Source of the DNA: Octopus vulgaris
Taxonomy: Eukaryota
Direction: 5' to 3'
Length of the DNA: 64,000 bases
Assembly: GCA_951406725.2 (NCBI GenBank)
Contig: OX597818.1
Span: 23,002,001 to 23,066,000 of the forward strand
The notes below the pieces were generated by a model that had not been told where the DNA came from, did no database searches, and worked only from the letters and a program-made list of their open reading frames with translations. Positions 41,530 through 55,993 of the stretch are shown piece after piece; position 1 is the stretch's first letter, and each line of letters opens with the position of its first letter. The position numbers were made by a program, and so were the translations under genes.

Positions 41530-43090
41530 ACGCAGTCCTACTGGTACAGGAGAACCTTCAAGTAGACCCAGTCAACGAAACCCACAGATCTAGGACCACC
41601 CTGACTACCAAAGTGCACAAGCCATTGCTCCATTTTTGCACTTCAATCTTCAGGCACATGCTGAGAGTATTTCCATTTACCCTGATCCTTTTTGCTACAC
41701 GACACATCGAGCTCGCTTCCTAGAGGGCGCTGGCAATAGATGGAGCGTCTATCCAGCAGGACGAGTCCTTTCCAAAGGAAGCGGAAACGCAGACACTCCA
41801 TCTTAGCTAAACGGAGACTGAAACAAAACATAACGGTTGTGTTATAAGCTATGTCAGAGGCGATGTATGTATTCATCATATCTGCTCAATCTTCTCATTC
41901 TATTTCTGATTGAGGTCACCCTGTTAGTAATCTTGTCCTAGTTTCTGTTCATCTGGAGGACCAAACTAAACCAGACCTCAGACTATTTAATCAGACTGTC
42001 TATCCAGCGACCTCCTAGTGTTATCGTCGGCATAAACTTACCTCCCCAGGTGCCAAACCTCAAGCGCACCGACTTGTCCGGAATAATTTTTGCTCCTGCC
42101 ATCTCCTTGTTTTCCTTTAGAATGGAATCAACGACTTGCACTTCCTTGATGTTCGAACTATTACAGTGTCATCCATATACACCTACACAACTTTCCCAGC
42201 ATCTCAACTCGAAAGGGACGCTTCTCAAGAGTTCTAGTTTTTGCAGTAATGGCTCCAGAGTCAGAACATGTAGAAGAGATGAGAAAGGATATTCCTAAGG
42301 AACCGAGTATGCGATAGGAAGCGGTCCAATAAGTATCCGTCCACTTTGACCACTGTGCAAAAGCCTCTGTACATTGCTGCGATCCAGCTTTTGAAAACGG
42401 GTCCAAAACCGACTGCTTTCAGGACTGCTGCCAAGTAGAAATGGTCAACCCTATCGAAATCTTTTGACTGATCTAAATTGATCTGGGCTCCACCAGTGCC
42501 AGATTTGTTATCCGCCCACCCAATGATATATCACATGAGGTCGAAGCTGTCGTCGATGGATCTTTCAGGGATCGCACACTTTGTGGTTCCTGACCAAACC
42601 ACCAACGACAAGCGCCAACTCCTTTGCTAATACCTTGATCAAAATCTTAACTACTGCATTTAGCTTGGTTATAGGGTGAAAATTATATATAATATCCCTT
42701 TTGTTGGCAGCGTTAACATGTCCTTTTTTCAGCAGCTTTAACATACTCAGGTTTCCATAACTAGGAATTCTTCCGATCTGCTACCAGTAGGTGAAGACGT
42801 TTGCCAAGATGTTGCCAGACACATCTGGCATATAACCATAAAACTCACAAGGCAGACCATCCAAACCAGGCAATTTGTTCTCGCACAACAATTAACCTCG
42901 GGAGTTTATTGGGCATAGTTTCGGTTGTTACTGGACTTTTCTTCTGACAGCCGCAGCAATCTGTTGAGCTAAGAGTCATAGTCGTCTCTAACCTATCGTT
43001 TACTCCGAACTGTTGAACAAAGTGCTGCAGGGACGATGTATGTATCTGTATGGAATCAAGTATCACGGAGCCATCCTAGTCCGTGACCCT
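41530..43090 (-). mobile_element. Older L1/Tx1-like RT remnant
   Basis: Minus strand NFHPITKLNAVVKILIKVLAK, INLDQSKDFDRVDH, GFGPVFKSWIAAMY, LRFRFLWKG. Confidence 0.8.
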
Positions 43091-44339
43091 TTCTAAATAA
43101 AGAGAAGACACTTCACTGTACTCCGATGAAAACTGGCGCAAGGTAAGAGGTTCTGGCGGAAATAAATGACTGAGGCGAAATAAGCATTCTCCATTTCTGG
43201 CGGAGAGAAAATTGAAAATAAATTAACATGACTACGTGAAAGGTTCATTTTTTTTTTAATCAGGCATAGAATGATAAAATGCAGTATCAACCGAGCTGAG
43301 GGCTAAACTCAGAACCTAAAGGAACGGAAGGAAATACCGCAGGGTAGCTTTAGCTGTGATGGCGGTGCAAATAATTGTTGTGGTGTTGGTGTTGGTAGTG
43401 ATGCTGGTGATGGTGGTGATGGTGTTGGTTGTGGTGATGGGGTGATGGTGTGGGTGGTAAATAGTTTAGATATGTATGATACATCAATTCAGTTGGGGAA
43501 GGCGAGACTTTCCACACGTATACACACACGCACGCACACACTCTCATCTCTCTCTCTTTCTCTTTCTTTCTCTCTTTCTCTCTCCTCGCCCCACATGTAT
43601 TCATAACGCTTGCTCAAATCTTTGTGTGTGGTATGTGTATGTATACGTACATATGATATATTTATATATGATACAAATATACACGATGTATACATATAAT
43701 ACACACACACACACAAGTATTTATACTCGCACGCACACACACACATATATAAATATTGTATGTGTGCGTGTATATATATATATATACACATACTCTTTTG
43801 GTGGGGTAACAAGGCTACCATTGGTTTCATACGGAGAGGAAGCACTCATTCTCACTGTTCGACATTAGTGTGTTTGTGTGTGTATATATATTTATATACA
43901 TACATATATATTATATAAATGATTAAGATATAGGTATGTGTGTGTGCGTATATACACACACACGCACATGTGCGCACATACATCACACACACACACACTC
44001 TCTCTCTCTCACTCTCACACGAACACACACACACACACACACACACAGCGCGCGTTCGTGTGTGTGTGTATGTACACTAGTTTCCCATAATATCCATGAC
44101 ACATCACTACAGTCAACCATAAAACATTTCTCCTCCATTTAACATCAGCCCACACCACAGCGCCACCCCGCATCACTGTGCCACCCCGGCATTGCCCCAC
44201 AACTGTACATCACTCCAGTCATAACAAACTGTCAGCTTGTTTATTCACATGTTGTTGTGGTTGTTGTCATTGTTGTTGCTATCATAATTTATCTCAAGCC
44301 CTCCTCTTTCTTTTTCCACTTTTTTTTTACTGGACTTAG

Positions 44340-44975
44340 TTGTGATGGTGATGGTGGCGGTGGTGGTGGTGGTGGTGGTGGTGGTGGTGGTGGTGGTGGT
44401 GGTGGTGGTGGTGGTGGTGGTGGTGGTGGTTGTAGTGGTAGTGGTGTGGTGGTGGTGGTGGTGGTGGTGGTGGTGGTGGTGGTAGTGGTGGTGGTAGTGG
44501 TAGTGGTGGTGGTGGTAGTGGTGGTAGTGGTGGTGGTGGTGGTAGTGGTGGTGGTGGTAGTAAAAGCAATGTTGGGTGGTGGTATTAATGGCAGCAGTGG
44601 TTTTGGTGTGTAAGGTGATGGTGATACTGGTAGTGTTCGCGGTGGTAGTGGTGGTGAAGGTGGTGGAGATGGTTGCAGTGCTCGTGGTAATGGTGGTGGT
44701 GGCGACACTGGTGGTGGTGAGGGTGTTGGTGTTGGTGGTGGGGTGGTGGTGGTGGTGGTGGTGGTGGTGGTGGGGTGGTGGTGGTGGTGGTGGTGGTTAG
44801 GGTGATCGTCGTCGTGTGGTAGGAGAGTATTAATGGTGTTAGTGGTTCGTAATCGTCATAGCGTTGTGATAGTTGGTGATAACGTTGACGATGATGATGA
44901 TGATGATGATGATGATAATGATGTGGTGGTGGTGGTATGGCGGCGGTGGTTCTCTTTTGCAGAGATACTACGTTG

Positions 44976-45035
<60 letters not shown>

Positions 45036-45505
45036 TTGATGTGATTGACGATACTGCAGTGGTGGAAATGGTGGTGGTAGCGGTAGTATTGGTGGCGATG
45101 GCGTCGGTGAGGCTAGAATTGGTTGATGGAAATGTTGTAGAATTGTTGCGGTGTTAGTGTTATGGTGATGGTTTTAGGAGTGGTATTGATGACGGCGTGG
45201 TTTGACAATAGTTGCAGTTTCTCTGTTCCAATCGTAATGGTTATATAGCTATGTCCGTGATGATGATGGTAGTGATGAAAATAATCGTGGTAGTGGTGGT
45301 AGTGATAGAGTCAATGGCTGTGATATTACTGGTTCAAGCACACGCGGTAGTTTGGGCGGTAGTGCAAGTGGTGGTGATGGTATGACAGTAATATTGTAGT
45401 TGTGGTGGCGGTGGGGCTGGTATTAATTTTGATGGTGTTGATGTCGTTGGTGGTGGATGGTGGGGGATGTAATAATGATGCTGACTAAAGCGGTGGTGGT
45501 GTTGG
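44340..45505. repeat. (GGT)n/(AGT)n-rich tract
   Basis: Direct inspection. Confidence 0.9.
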
Positions 45506-45580
45506 ATGCAGTGCAGCTTTTGGTGTTATTTGCATAAACTCAGTATTTCTACACATCACGCATACACACACATATATCTC

Positions 45581-46223
45581 TTATGTGCTGCACATACACA
45601 CACAGAGACACACACACATGCATGTATACATATGCACATATATACATACTCACACACACCTTACAAGAACAAAATACAAAGAAAGAAACAAACAAAGAAA
45701 CAAAATGCTTTGAAAACTTTGTCATACACAGAAGAAAGAAAATATTTACATTTTATAGAAAAACATGTGAACTTCCTGAGCTGATATCAGAAAGGGTTAA
45801 TTGATTTTATTTCAAATATTTTCTTTCCCTTTACAGCATGACTAAATCTGCTATAAAATGATTGAAGCCGGTAGCATATTTTGATAAAGAAGTAAATATC
45901 TTCCTTTGTTTATGTGCTGCGCATACACACACACATGCATACACATGCACATATATACATACTCGCACACACCTTACAAGAACAAAATACAAAGAAAGAA
46001 ACAAACAAAGAAACAAAATGTTTTGAAAGATTTATCATACACAGAAGAAAGAAAATATTTACATTTTTAAGAAAAACATGTGAAATTCCTGAGCTGATAT
46101 GAGAGAGGATTAATTAATTTTATTTCAAATATTTTCTTTCTCTTTACAGCATGACTAAATCTGCTATAAAATGATTGAAACCGGTAGCATATTTTGATAA
46201 AGAAGTAAATATCTTCCTTTGTT
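45581..46223. repeat. Tandem duplication, two ~320-bp units
   Basis: 45581-45910 repeated at 45910-46223 with few substitutions. Confidence 0.9.
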
Positions 46224-46948
46224 TCATGATAAAATTCTCAAAGCATTTTTATTCTATTTTTTAAAATGAGTTTATTCATGCGAGCGAAATCTCAGTCTTT
46301 TTAATTCATATGTATATAATTCCGCCGTCTCTTCTTTTCATCCTTTCGTGGTCGACCAATATAATCGATTTACTCCTCTCACCAAAATTGCTGGCTTCGT
46401 GCCAAAATTTTAAACCACTGTGTGGGGTGTGCGTGTATGTGTGTAAACATATATGCACATGTATTTATATACTTGTGCGCGCGCACATCCACACACGCAT
46501 ACACACATATGAGTAGTATAAGGCACGGATTCAGAGAATCGTGTGGTAATCACAGTAAGTTCCTCGAACGGACTTGGCTATCAGTCCACTTACTAATCAA
46601 TTACAATGAAGCGTAATGTAAAGTGTCCATGTAACTAAAAATTCAGAAAATCAGAATGATAAAAAATATTCTGTGAAATATATATAAAAACATAAAGTTA
46701 GGTGATATGAGCGATAAATATATATTTAACTACGTGATTTCCATAGGGTTATGGCCGGTTCACAACCTTCGTCATATTGCATTAATTTCAAAATACAAGA
46801 AATTATGCAAACATGTATACATATTTTCTGACAAACTGAAATTAATATTACATGAAGAGGGTCTAAAACAGTTGTAACTCTATGGACGTTACGTGGTTAA
46901 ATAAATCAATATTCACCTCCTGTACCCTACTGATTTCATGTTCTCTCT

Positions 46949-47026
<78 letters not shown>

Positions 47027-47107
47027 CTCTCTCCTTATATATATTTGTGTGTGTGTATACACACACACACACATATATATATGCATGTAAGTGTGTGTAT
47101 CTATCTT

Positions 47108-47167
<60 letters not shown>

Positions 47168-47180
47168 CCTATCTATCCAC

Positions 47181-47275
<95 letters not shown>

Positions 47276-47559
47276 CGTTGTTGTATTTCGAGATGGTCAT
47301 TTTTTTTTTTTGCTAAATAAATCTAGCTACTACACCACATGGGAAGTTTCCGTACAGTTCTTGTGAATTTTCTTTGGTCTCTTCCACTGATTTAACTTGT
47401 GACATATCGCCATATGCACTCAAAAAGCAGGTAGAATTTGAGAAGCTCAATCGCAACACTCAACACTAATTCCCTACACTCAATCATTCACGAGTTTCTT
47501 TCACCTTTCGTATATAACAGTCAAAGAAACCGAAATGTTTGCAAAGTGGAGATACAAAG

Positions 47560-49130
47560 AAAGCTTACCTAATGTAACTGAATGAACTTTCTCGACAATA
47601 TTGATTGCACATCGAAGCAAGAAATGCCGGTTTGTTCATAACACAGGGTTAAGAAATTTGAAATCGGGGAGAGAGCTGATATCGAGATCAGGGAGTAGGC
47701 AATTAAGAGCCTTAACTGCATCTGCGTAGTGTTCTTGAACAATGGCAAGAAATGTATTGAGACTGAGGCAGAGCTGAATAAGAGATTAATTACCATTGAC
47801 AACTACGGCTTGGCAGTGAAGTTTAAGATGTAGACTTAATAACATGACCTTTTGATGACTTTTTCATGGATACTCCAAGTAATATGACAACATTACCAAA
47901 AGTGAAAAGAATGGAAAAGTGTACTAGTAAGTTCCTGCAAAAGAGGCATAGTCTCTTGTTATGCTTTACAAAAGTGGTAGCTTCTGCTGCTTTTAACACC
48001 TCTGTTGGAGAAGTTTGGATTAGAGAAAGCCTGCTTCTTTTTTATGCTGTGGTATCTAATGGATTCTATTGTTCGTGCAACCTGGCTAATATAGTGACAG
48101 GTTGGAAATGAAGAGTGGGAAAAATTGTGGTTGCTGAGACCAATCTGGAAATGAAAGAGATGATAGGCGCGATGAAGAAAACACAGGTTTGACTAGGACA
48201 GGTATAGAACAAAAGTGTAAGCCTGCAGAAAGACAAACATGGATATTGTGGCTAAATAAATTCATCATATTAAAATAGGATGAATAGTGTATGGCTGAGG
48301 TTACAGGATTAAGGGATCCAATGTGCATGACCAGCATGGAAGGCAGCTGAACAAAAGAAGCTATCAGGAAACGCGTAAAATTGAGCTTAGAGACAACTAG
48401 ATTGTACATTCTCTTGAGGACGGTGTTCGATGTTCTTCCAATCCCGACCAATATTAGATGGTGGCACTGGATTGACATTACTGGTTGAAAACGATGCGGA
48501 GGTAATGTATGGCTGAAGTATGTTCTGGTTGCATGCAAATCATCCATTACAGTGGTTGTCTGATAGCATAGCCGAGTCGTGAGTAAGGCACTAAGGCAAC
48601 TTAACAATCTTGAAGCAATGATAATCAACATCAAGTGACACCTTATTTTGTCCCATAAGGAAAATAAAAAAATTACGACACGTGAGCATAAACAAAGGTA
48701 AAGGTAAGTCGATAGTCAGACTTCTGTATAGTGCTAATGAATGTGAGGTGCAAGTGTAGTTGAAACTCGTGTTCTCAAGCTATATAGCAATAACAAAACA
48801 ACGTTTTGATATTATAATATGGTTTTACTGGGCAAAAATATTCCCAATTGTTGAGTTTTGATACTTTAGGAAAGCAATACGAAAAGGATACATGAAAGAA
48901 AGGGCCAAAATATGACGAATTTAAGGAATCGTGTGAAGTACAAGGATGACAATGTACAGTGTTTCTGGGAGAAATTGCCTATCCTAGTTTTGTAGCTACA
49001 TCTACTATGTTCTACCTGACTTGCATTAGACTTAGGATGGGCGACAGAGCAATGGTTCGTGAACTGGGAAAGACAGGAAATGCCTTATCATGGTTTATAG
49101 AAGATATACGTATGAGAAAGACCAAAGCTG
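47560..49130 (+). mobile_element. Highly decayed RLE-type (HERO-like) retrotransposon
   Basis: LRTVFDVLPIPTN.RWW followed by decayed CCHC region; C-terminal FVATST; many stops. Confidence 0.55.
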
Positions 49131-50109
49131 AGCGCACGGAACAAACAAATCTTCAGTGAATAGTAAATCAAAATAGTTACTGCCTGATTGGTGGTTACAG
49201 TTGCACTTGGTTTAGTGTGGCAACTGCATGGAAGACGAAAGGACAAAGTGCGCCAAATGAACCCGAATATACCTTGATAGCAGCAATACAGCTAAGCATC
49301 GCTGGAGAAAACGGTACTGTCTGTAGGTACCAAAATCGTTACGAGCTCTAACTGGGAAATGTAGTGTTCAGCAGTGCAAACTGTGTAAAGTACACAGGTG
49401 CAAGAATGGCTTTCTTGTTTGTGGTTTCAGGTTTAGTCCCACAACGCGGTATTTTGGGAAAATATCTCCTGCTATTGCTTCAAGTCGACCGACGCCTTTT
49501 GAGGGAATTTGTTTGGCAGAAATCGAGTGGAAGTCCATCGTATATATAGATTTATATATGTGTGTGTGTGTGTGTGTGTATGTCTTTGTGTTTATCCCCA
49601 CCACCGCTTAACAACTGGTGTTGGTTTGTTTACATCCCCGTAACTTACCAGTCCGAAAATAGAGGACGATAGAATAAGTACCAAATTTTAAAATATATCT
49701 ACTGAGGTCGATATGTTCGATTAAATCCTTCAAGGTGGTGCACCAGTATAACTGCAGTCCAATGAGTGAAACAAGCTGCCCACTTGTAACCGAGGAAGAT
49801 CATCACTGACCACCATTAAGAACAATTGGAATTGAGATAAAATTATATTTTACACTTGTGGCTCCGCTGGCGACTAATGAGCCCAGCTCTTGATAAACAC
49901 ACACAACTGCAAATGTTTACAGACCAAGCTTCTCTCATTCATTACACTGGCGGTGCGTTTCTGAACAGCTCTCTTAAATTCTGCATGCATGTATACGTAC
50001 GTATGTACCTGCCTGCCTGCCTGCATGCATGAATGCATGCATACATACATACATACATACATACATACATACATACATACATACATACATACATACATAC
50101 ATACATACA

Positions 50110-51080
50110 CCAATCCTGAGAAATTAGGCTTCTCAAAACCAGAAAGGAAAAGGCTGAGAGATTGAGACCAATTTTAAGCAGTTGGCTTAGTGGATTTAAC
50201 ATTTCATTTTTTGACAAAATCTTGCTTGCTTGCTTGAAAATCTAATCCTCCTTTATTTTTCAGGATAAATAGCGAACTGATTCGACAACAGAAAGTCATG
50301 GAAAAACAGAATCGTTCCGCTATTGTTGTTTTGGCGCGCGCCGGGCACACTGCCAATAAAATTGTTAAGTTGGCGAAACTTCCAAAAGCTACAGTTTATC
50401 GTATGTATAAACAATTTAATGAAAAGGGAAAGATTAATAGAAAACAACACATGGCTTGAAGTGATTCCTAAGCACAATCCAAAGTTTTTTGCTGACCTCA
50501 AATACTTGACTGAAGCCAACCCATCCACATCCATGACAACTTTGCAAAGAAATGCAATGTGTCCCTTTCCACGGTGTGCAGAGTTGTGAACAGGAACCTT
50601 GGCATTACTAGCTATGTTCAACGATGCCATTACCTCCTAACAGCCAAGGCCAAAGCAATCAGAGCTGATAGATACCCAAAGCTTCTGTCATTCATCAAGC
50701 ATCAAAGTGTAAGGAAAAACTCTCGTGTTTGTGGATGAGAAGTTCACTGTGAAAGCTGAGGTGAATCACAGAAATACTCGAGTGATTGCATGCAACCCTT
50801 CTGACGTCTCCCCTCCTTGTGTTTGAGACTAAGAATCCTGCATCTGTAATGGTATTTGAAGCCGTGGCGAGTGACGGAAGTGTCATGGATCCACACTTCA
50901 TTGAATCTGGCTTGGAGATCGGCACAAAGAACATCCTGAAGAACTCTGGACATTCTTAAGAACTCTGGATATCCTGAAGAACTCTCTGTTACTTTGGGTG
51001 GAGCAGAAGTTGGTGTTTGACAACGTAATGCTTATCCAGGATTCGGCACCATGCCATAGGTCAAAAACAACATTAGGCCT
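50110..51080 (+). pseudogene. Decayed mariner/Tc1 (DD37D/maT-like) transposase
   Basis: FVDEKFTV, KNPASVMVFEAVASDG, QDSAPCH; frameshifted and 3'-truncated. Confidence 0.75.
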
Positions 51081-51448
51081 TCAGAGAATTTTCAGATAAT
51101 TTTTGCGAAGTTGTGTTCTACGTACTGGAACTCATACGATTATGAAAGAATTTTTTTATACTCCTCTCCACACCACAAATCCTAAAAGTTCCACTCTTTT
51201 TCGATTAAAAAACAAGTTCAAAATACGAACAGTCCGAATCTTTTGCTTGAATTCCAGCAATGAACCATCCTTTGGTGTATCTTCAAACCATAAAATGTGT
51301 TTATGAAAAGAAAAATATTGAAGAACATTAAAACATGTCAGGGGGACAAAGAGACGAGGAAGGTATCAAGTGGTCGTAAGATGTACTAAAAATAACAGCT
51401 AAACCGCCCTTAAATAATACAAACATCTTCTTCTTCTTCTTCTTCTTC

Positions 51449-51513
<65 letters not shown>

Positions 51514-51844
51514 TATTATTCTTCTTCTTCTTCTTCTTATTATTATTCTTATTCTTCTTCTTCTTCTTCTTCTTCTTTTTTTTCAAAATCGTATGATTCC
51601 CGTATTGAACATAAATTCACAAAAATTTTCTGAAAATACCAAAAAATAAAATAAAAAAAAACTATGAGGGGGTTATATGGGATGTTTAAGTCAGAATTCC
51701 ACCGAAAGTTGCTTAGCAGCTCATATGGCCGCGGACGGTATACATGACTTTACAGGTTTTCCACCAGTAGAATCTTTACTTTGAATTTAGTGAGATATTG
51801 TGATAGCAAATAACAAATGATACAGAGTTGCGAAGAAGTTAAAG

Positions 51845-51900
51845 ACACTAGGGGCCGACAGGAAGTGAACTGTCGGACAAGAGGTGTAAACGGTAACAAA
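51845..51900 (+). promoter_or_regulatory. Candidate promoter (ETS-type CAGGAAGTG inside a CCGACAG/CTGTCGG inverted repeat)
   Basis: Unique CpG-containing sequence directly upstream of ATG 51902 and a GT donor. Confidence 0.35.
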
Positions 51901-52441
51901 TATGACTGGATTTAAAGGTTGGCACTTGTAGAGGAGGGTTGGTAAATCGTTGGTAATAAGGTTATTAATCGCGAACGTAAAATAAAAACTAGAAAAATAA
52001 TTCGTTTTATCGTAGCCTAAACGCCCTGTATATGACTACTGTATTTATAGTTATTTCCTAATGTATTTATTTTCAAATGTATACATGTTTTACTGTATAT
52101 GTTTAAAAATTGATATTTTCATGCGTAAAAATCTAGTTGTTTTTTCCTCGTAACGCACCCCAATTTATAACATGGATATCAATGGTAAAGATAGACTTCG
52201 CATTAAGTGATTCGATGCTAGGGTAAAATTTTCCGGAACGTGATATTTCGTAAAGTGGGAAACAGTTGTACATTTAAATATAATTCGATAAAATAAAAAT
52301 TAAGGAGACTATTGAAGTTTTGAATTTACAGGTGAAGAATATCGAAACGATATATTAAAATTTCAAGGAAAATGTGTAAGAGAAGCGACCTGAAATGCTT
52401 TATCATAAAACTTCTATTTTTGAAGGGTAGAAGATAGTACC

Positions 52442-52858
52442 TATTTCTTTACTTCCCACAAGGGGCTAAACACAGAGGGGACAAACAAGGACAGACAAAC
52501 GAATTAAGTCGATTATATCGACCCCAGTGCGTAACTGGTACTTACTTAATCGACACCGAAAAGATGAAAGGCAAAGTCGACCTCGGCGGAATTTGAACTC
52601 AGAACGTAGCGGCAGGCGAAATACCTATTTCTATTTCTTTATTACCCACAAGGGGCTAAACATAGAGGGAATAAACAAGGACAGACATAGGTATTAAGTC
52701 GATTACATCGACCCCAGTGCGTAACTGGTACTTACTTAATCGACCCCGAAAAGATGAAAGCAAAGTCGACCTCGGCAGAATTTGAACTCAGAACGTAGCG
52801 GCAGGCGAAATACCGCTAAGCATTTCGCCCGGCGTGCTAACGATCCTACCAGCTCGCA
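52442..52858 (-). mobile_element. SINE family B dimer with target-site duplication
   Basis: Two units flanked by GGGYAGAAGATAGTACC direct repeats (52425-52441, 52859-52875). Confidence 0.88.
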
Positions 52859-53349
52859 GGGCAGAAGATAGTACCATGCACTACGACCTTATCACACAAT
52901 CATATTTGTGGTATATATAGTACTATAATACTATTAATATTTTTAAATTAATGTATTTATTTTCAAATGAAATGTGAAAGAAAAGATTCTGAAGTTCAAT
53001 AGCTAATAACCCAATTAACATAATAGTTAATGAACCAATTAATGTAACTTAATTTTTCGCCAGGGACAATTTTATATTTTCCTTATACTTTTGGGGCTGA
53101 CAACATGCATACCTTTCATAGATTATTCAGGTTCAACTAAAATATTAAGAGTTATTCCCCTTGTTAAAAGTTATTTCCCTTCCCTACAGGGTTTACTCGT
53201 TATATTCTGAATATGCACTTTCGCGACAAGGTAGACCTAGCTTAAAACAAGCCTTGCTATTCCAGTTTGCTTTTTCTATTATCCATTTAATAGATTTATA
53301 CGATTTTTCTTTTTTTAATTGGAAAATGAACAGTTAGATACCCTTTTGA

Positions 53350-53700
53350 AGTTGTGACTATACAACACTATACACTTTGTATAACAGTTTCCACAGATCT
53401 ATATCAACTGAAGACTTGCCTATTATATCACCTTCTAGCGGTCCCTTCACCCTTTAGACGTGATAGCGGTAAAACCTTTGACCGTGTCTGACATACGAAT
53501 TTCCTAAATAAGTTGTCCACCTGTTGCATCATTCGGTTTTTCATCTACAAGATAGGGAGCTTTCTTTCAAATCGCACCGTTGCATCGGGTACTGACGAGA
53601 CTCTTTGTCCCCTATTCTATCAGTTGATGAGCCTCGTGGCTCATTTCTGTGCTACACTTTTCCGTCGGTATAATAACGATCTGTTTTACTGACACTTATA
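53350..53700 (+). mobile_element. Ancient CR1/Jockey-group RT remnant
   Basis: LDV..KTFDRV*HTNFLNKL...IGSFLSNR. Confidence 0.5.
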
Positions 53701-53764
53701 AACCGTTTGCATGCATTCTGATAATACCACTCGGTTATGTTTCGTTATACCTCGCGAAGTTGTC

Positions 53765-54270
53765 AACGAACTGTCATCTTAATCAGCTGCTTTGTTCGTT
53801 AATTTCCGTAAAAATTTTTTATTGGATTTACTCTAGTTTTAAAGTGAAAGAGAGGAGAAAGTCAAAGATGTATGAAAGTGTATATGAAATTGACGTGTGC
53901 ATGTGTGTGTGAGAGAGAGAGAAAGAAAGAGAGAAAAAAAACGAGGAAGAGAGAGAGAGAGAGTGAGTGCCACTTAAATATACATGACAACACACAATTC
54001 ACTCACTCTTTCTCTCTCTCTCTTACACACACACATGCACACGTACATACAAAAAAGACGTATGCATATGTATTGATGTATGTACGTATACATGACAACA
54101 CCCCCTCACTCACTCTCTTTCTCTCCCTCTTGCTCTCTCTCTCTCTCACACACGTCCATTTCATATGCATGTACACACATCTTTCACTTTCTCCTCTCTT
54201 TCACTTTAAAACAAAAGTAAATAAATAAAAATATTTATGGAAATTAACGAACTTAGATGACAGTTTTACA
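53765..54270. repeat. Foldback element with ~100-bp imperfect inverted arms
   Basis: TTTTAAAGTGAAAGAGAGGAGAAAGT vs ACTTTCTCCTCTCTTTCACTTTAAAA; GTTCGTTAATTTCC vs GGAAATTAACGAAC. Confidence 0.75.
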
Positions 54271-55497
54271 AGTCAAAACGAAAGATCGCCGACCACTTTA
54301 TTTCTCTTCTCTCTTTGCATAGTTGTTTTCTACATGGAACCTTGATAGCTCACATCAAATAATCACTGTTTCATGAGCTCCTAACACGAAAACGACCTCC
54401 AATAATCTTAGTCTCACTTCAAGGACACAAAGATAATCGTTATTCATTTCAAAGGAGACAATCTCGTATCTCAGCCATTCTAGAGTTGAACTAAATCCCC
54501 GTGGCTGCTTCAGTCTCCAGTCTTGAAGTTTTAATGATCTTTTTTGGATATTCAGCATATAATATATCACTGAAATTGCATCCCAATGACTTACCGTTCC
54601 TTTTAAGGACAGGAAATCCTTCGTTTCTGATCAATTGCACTCTTTCTATAAAGCTTAAGTAAGATCTACAATAAATTATTGTCACCACACATGAGATGAT
54701 GCTACTACTACACACATAAGCGTTATAGATTTCATTCAAAAGAACATCATCCAATTAGTTGGATGCTCGTCTTTTGGGTGAAGGCTCATTCACTGACAGG
54801 CTGGTTCACAAATTTCGCGCCTATTCTGTCCCTACTACAGCAACCTTTATTAACAGTAATCAAATTCAGTTTTAACAGGATAAAGAGAGATAAGAGATAG
54901 AGAGTAGTAAGAGAGAGATAAAAACAGAAAATGAAGAGGAAGGAATTAGAGCAAAATGTTTAGAGTTATCTCCCATCGATTGACATCCGGTGTTATAGTC
55001 GGAAGTGATTAAAATGAATTTACCACGTGTTTTAAATGAAAATAAATACGGCGGAATTTCTGGTCGACACAGCTGTGTACTGAAATTCAACGACAAATTA
55101 CAGGTACTATATTATTCACTGTGTTGAAGGCTGGATTTAATAATTGAATTAGCTTATGTGATGAATTTCATTTAAATAATTAACATTTGTTATTTGAAAC
55201 TTCTGTACCAACCAGATACGTCACCTGGACACGAATCTCCACCATTCTATTTTCAGATCTTTTATTCATGGAGCATGTTACCGCATGAAGCAATAACAGA
55301 GAGTTAAAAACGGTAGAGCTTCGGACTAAATGTCTTCTTTATAAATATTCAGCTTTGTTCCTCTACATTACTAATTTAGAATATGTCGCGATGAAACTAG
55401 CTGTTCGTTCATTTTATTCAGAGACTTCGCATACATTCTACCGGCTACCAGAAATATATTTGTGAAACCAATATATAAAGTGACTGTAAGAAATTAA

Positions 55498-55658
55498 ATG
55501 TCCAACATGGCACGAGAGAAACAGAAAAAAAAGGGGGCCAGAGAAAAAAAACAGGAGGCTGGTGAGAAGATATTTTGCATTATGGACCAGTTTAAAAGAT
55601 ATTCAACTCTAGCACAGAAATACCTTGCTTTGTCACCCGAACTATCAAGATATTTCAT
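55498..55658 (+). CDS. C18orf21: C18orf21/RMP24-like RNase MRP subunit, coding exon 1
   Basis: MSNMAREK...YSTLAQKYLALSPELSRYF(M); donor AT|GTAAGC, phase 2. Confidence 0.75.
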
Positions 55659-55993
55659 GTAAGCGTTCGTTACTTTAACCTCTCCCACTGTACAAGCAAA
55701 TACATTCTCATCTCGTTCCTTTAATTACGCAGCTCTATAGATTTCTCTCAAAAGAATAGAGCCCAGTACTTATTTGTATAAGCCTGGAACTTATTCTATC
55801 TTCTCTTTTTCTGAACTGCTAAGTTACTGAAATGTAAACTAATCAACACATTGTCAAGAGGTGGTGGGGGACAAACACAAAGACACATATGTTTGTGTGT
55901 AAGCCAGCTAAGAATCCATAAGTCAAGAAAAAAATGCACTCGTATAGCTGTCAGTAGAGTGAATATATTAATTGAAGTGTACAGTGTTATATA

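Noticed and set aside
51845-51860. CTCF site
   Set aside because: Mismatch in the GGC core
52170-52250. Intronic C/D snoRNA
   Set aside because: Terminal stem present but no convincing C or D boxes
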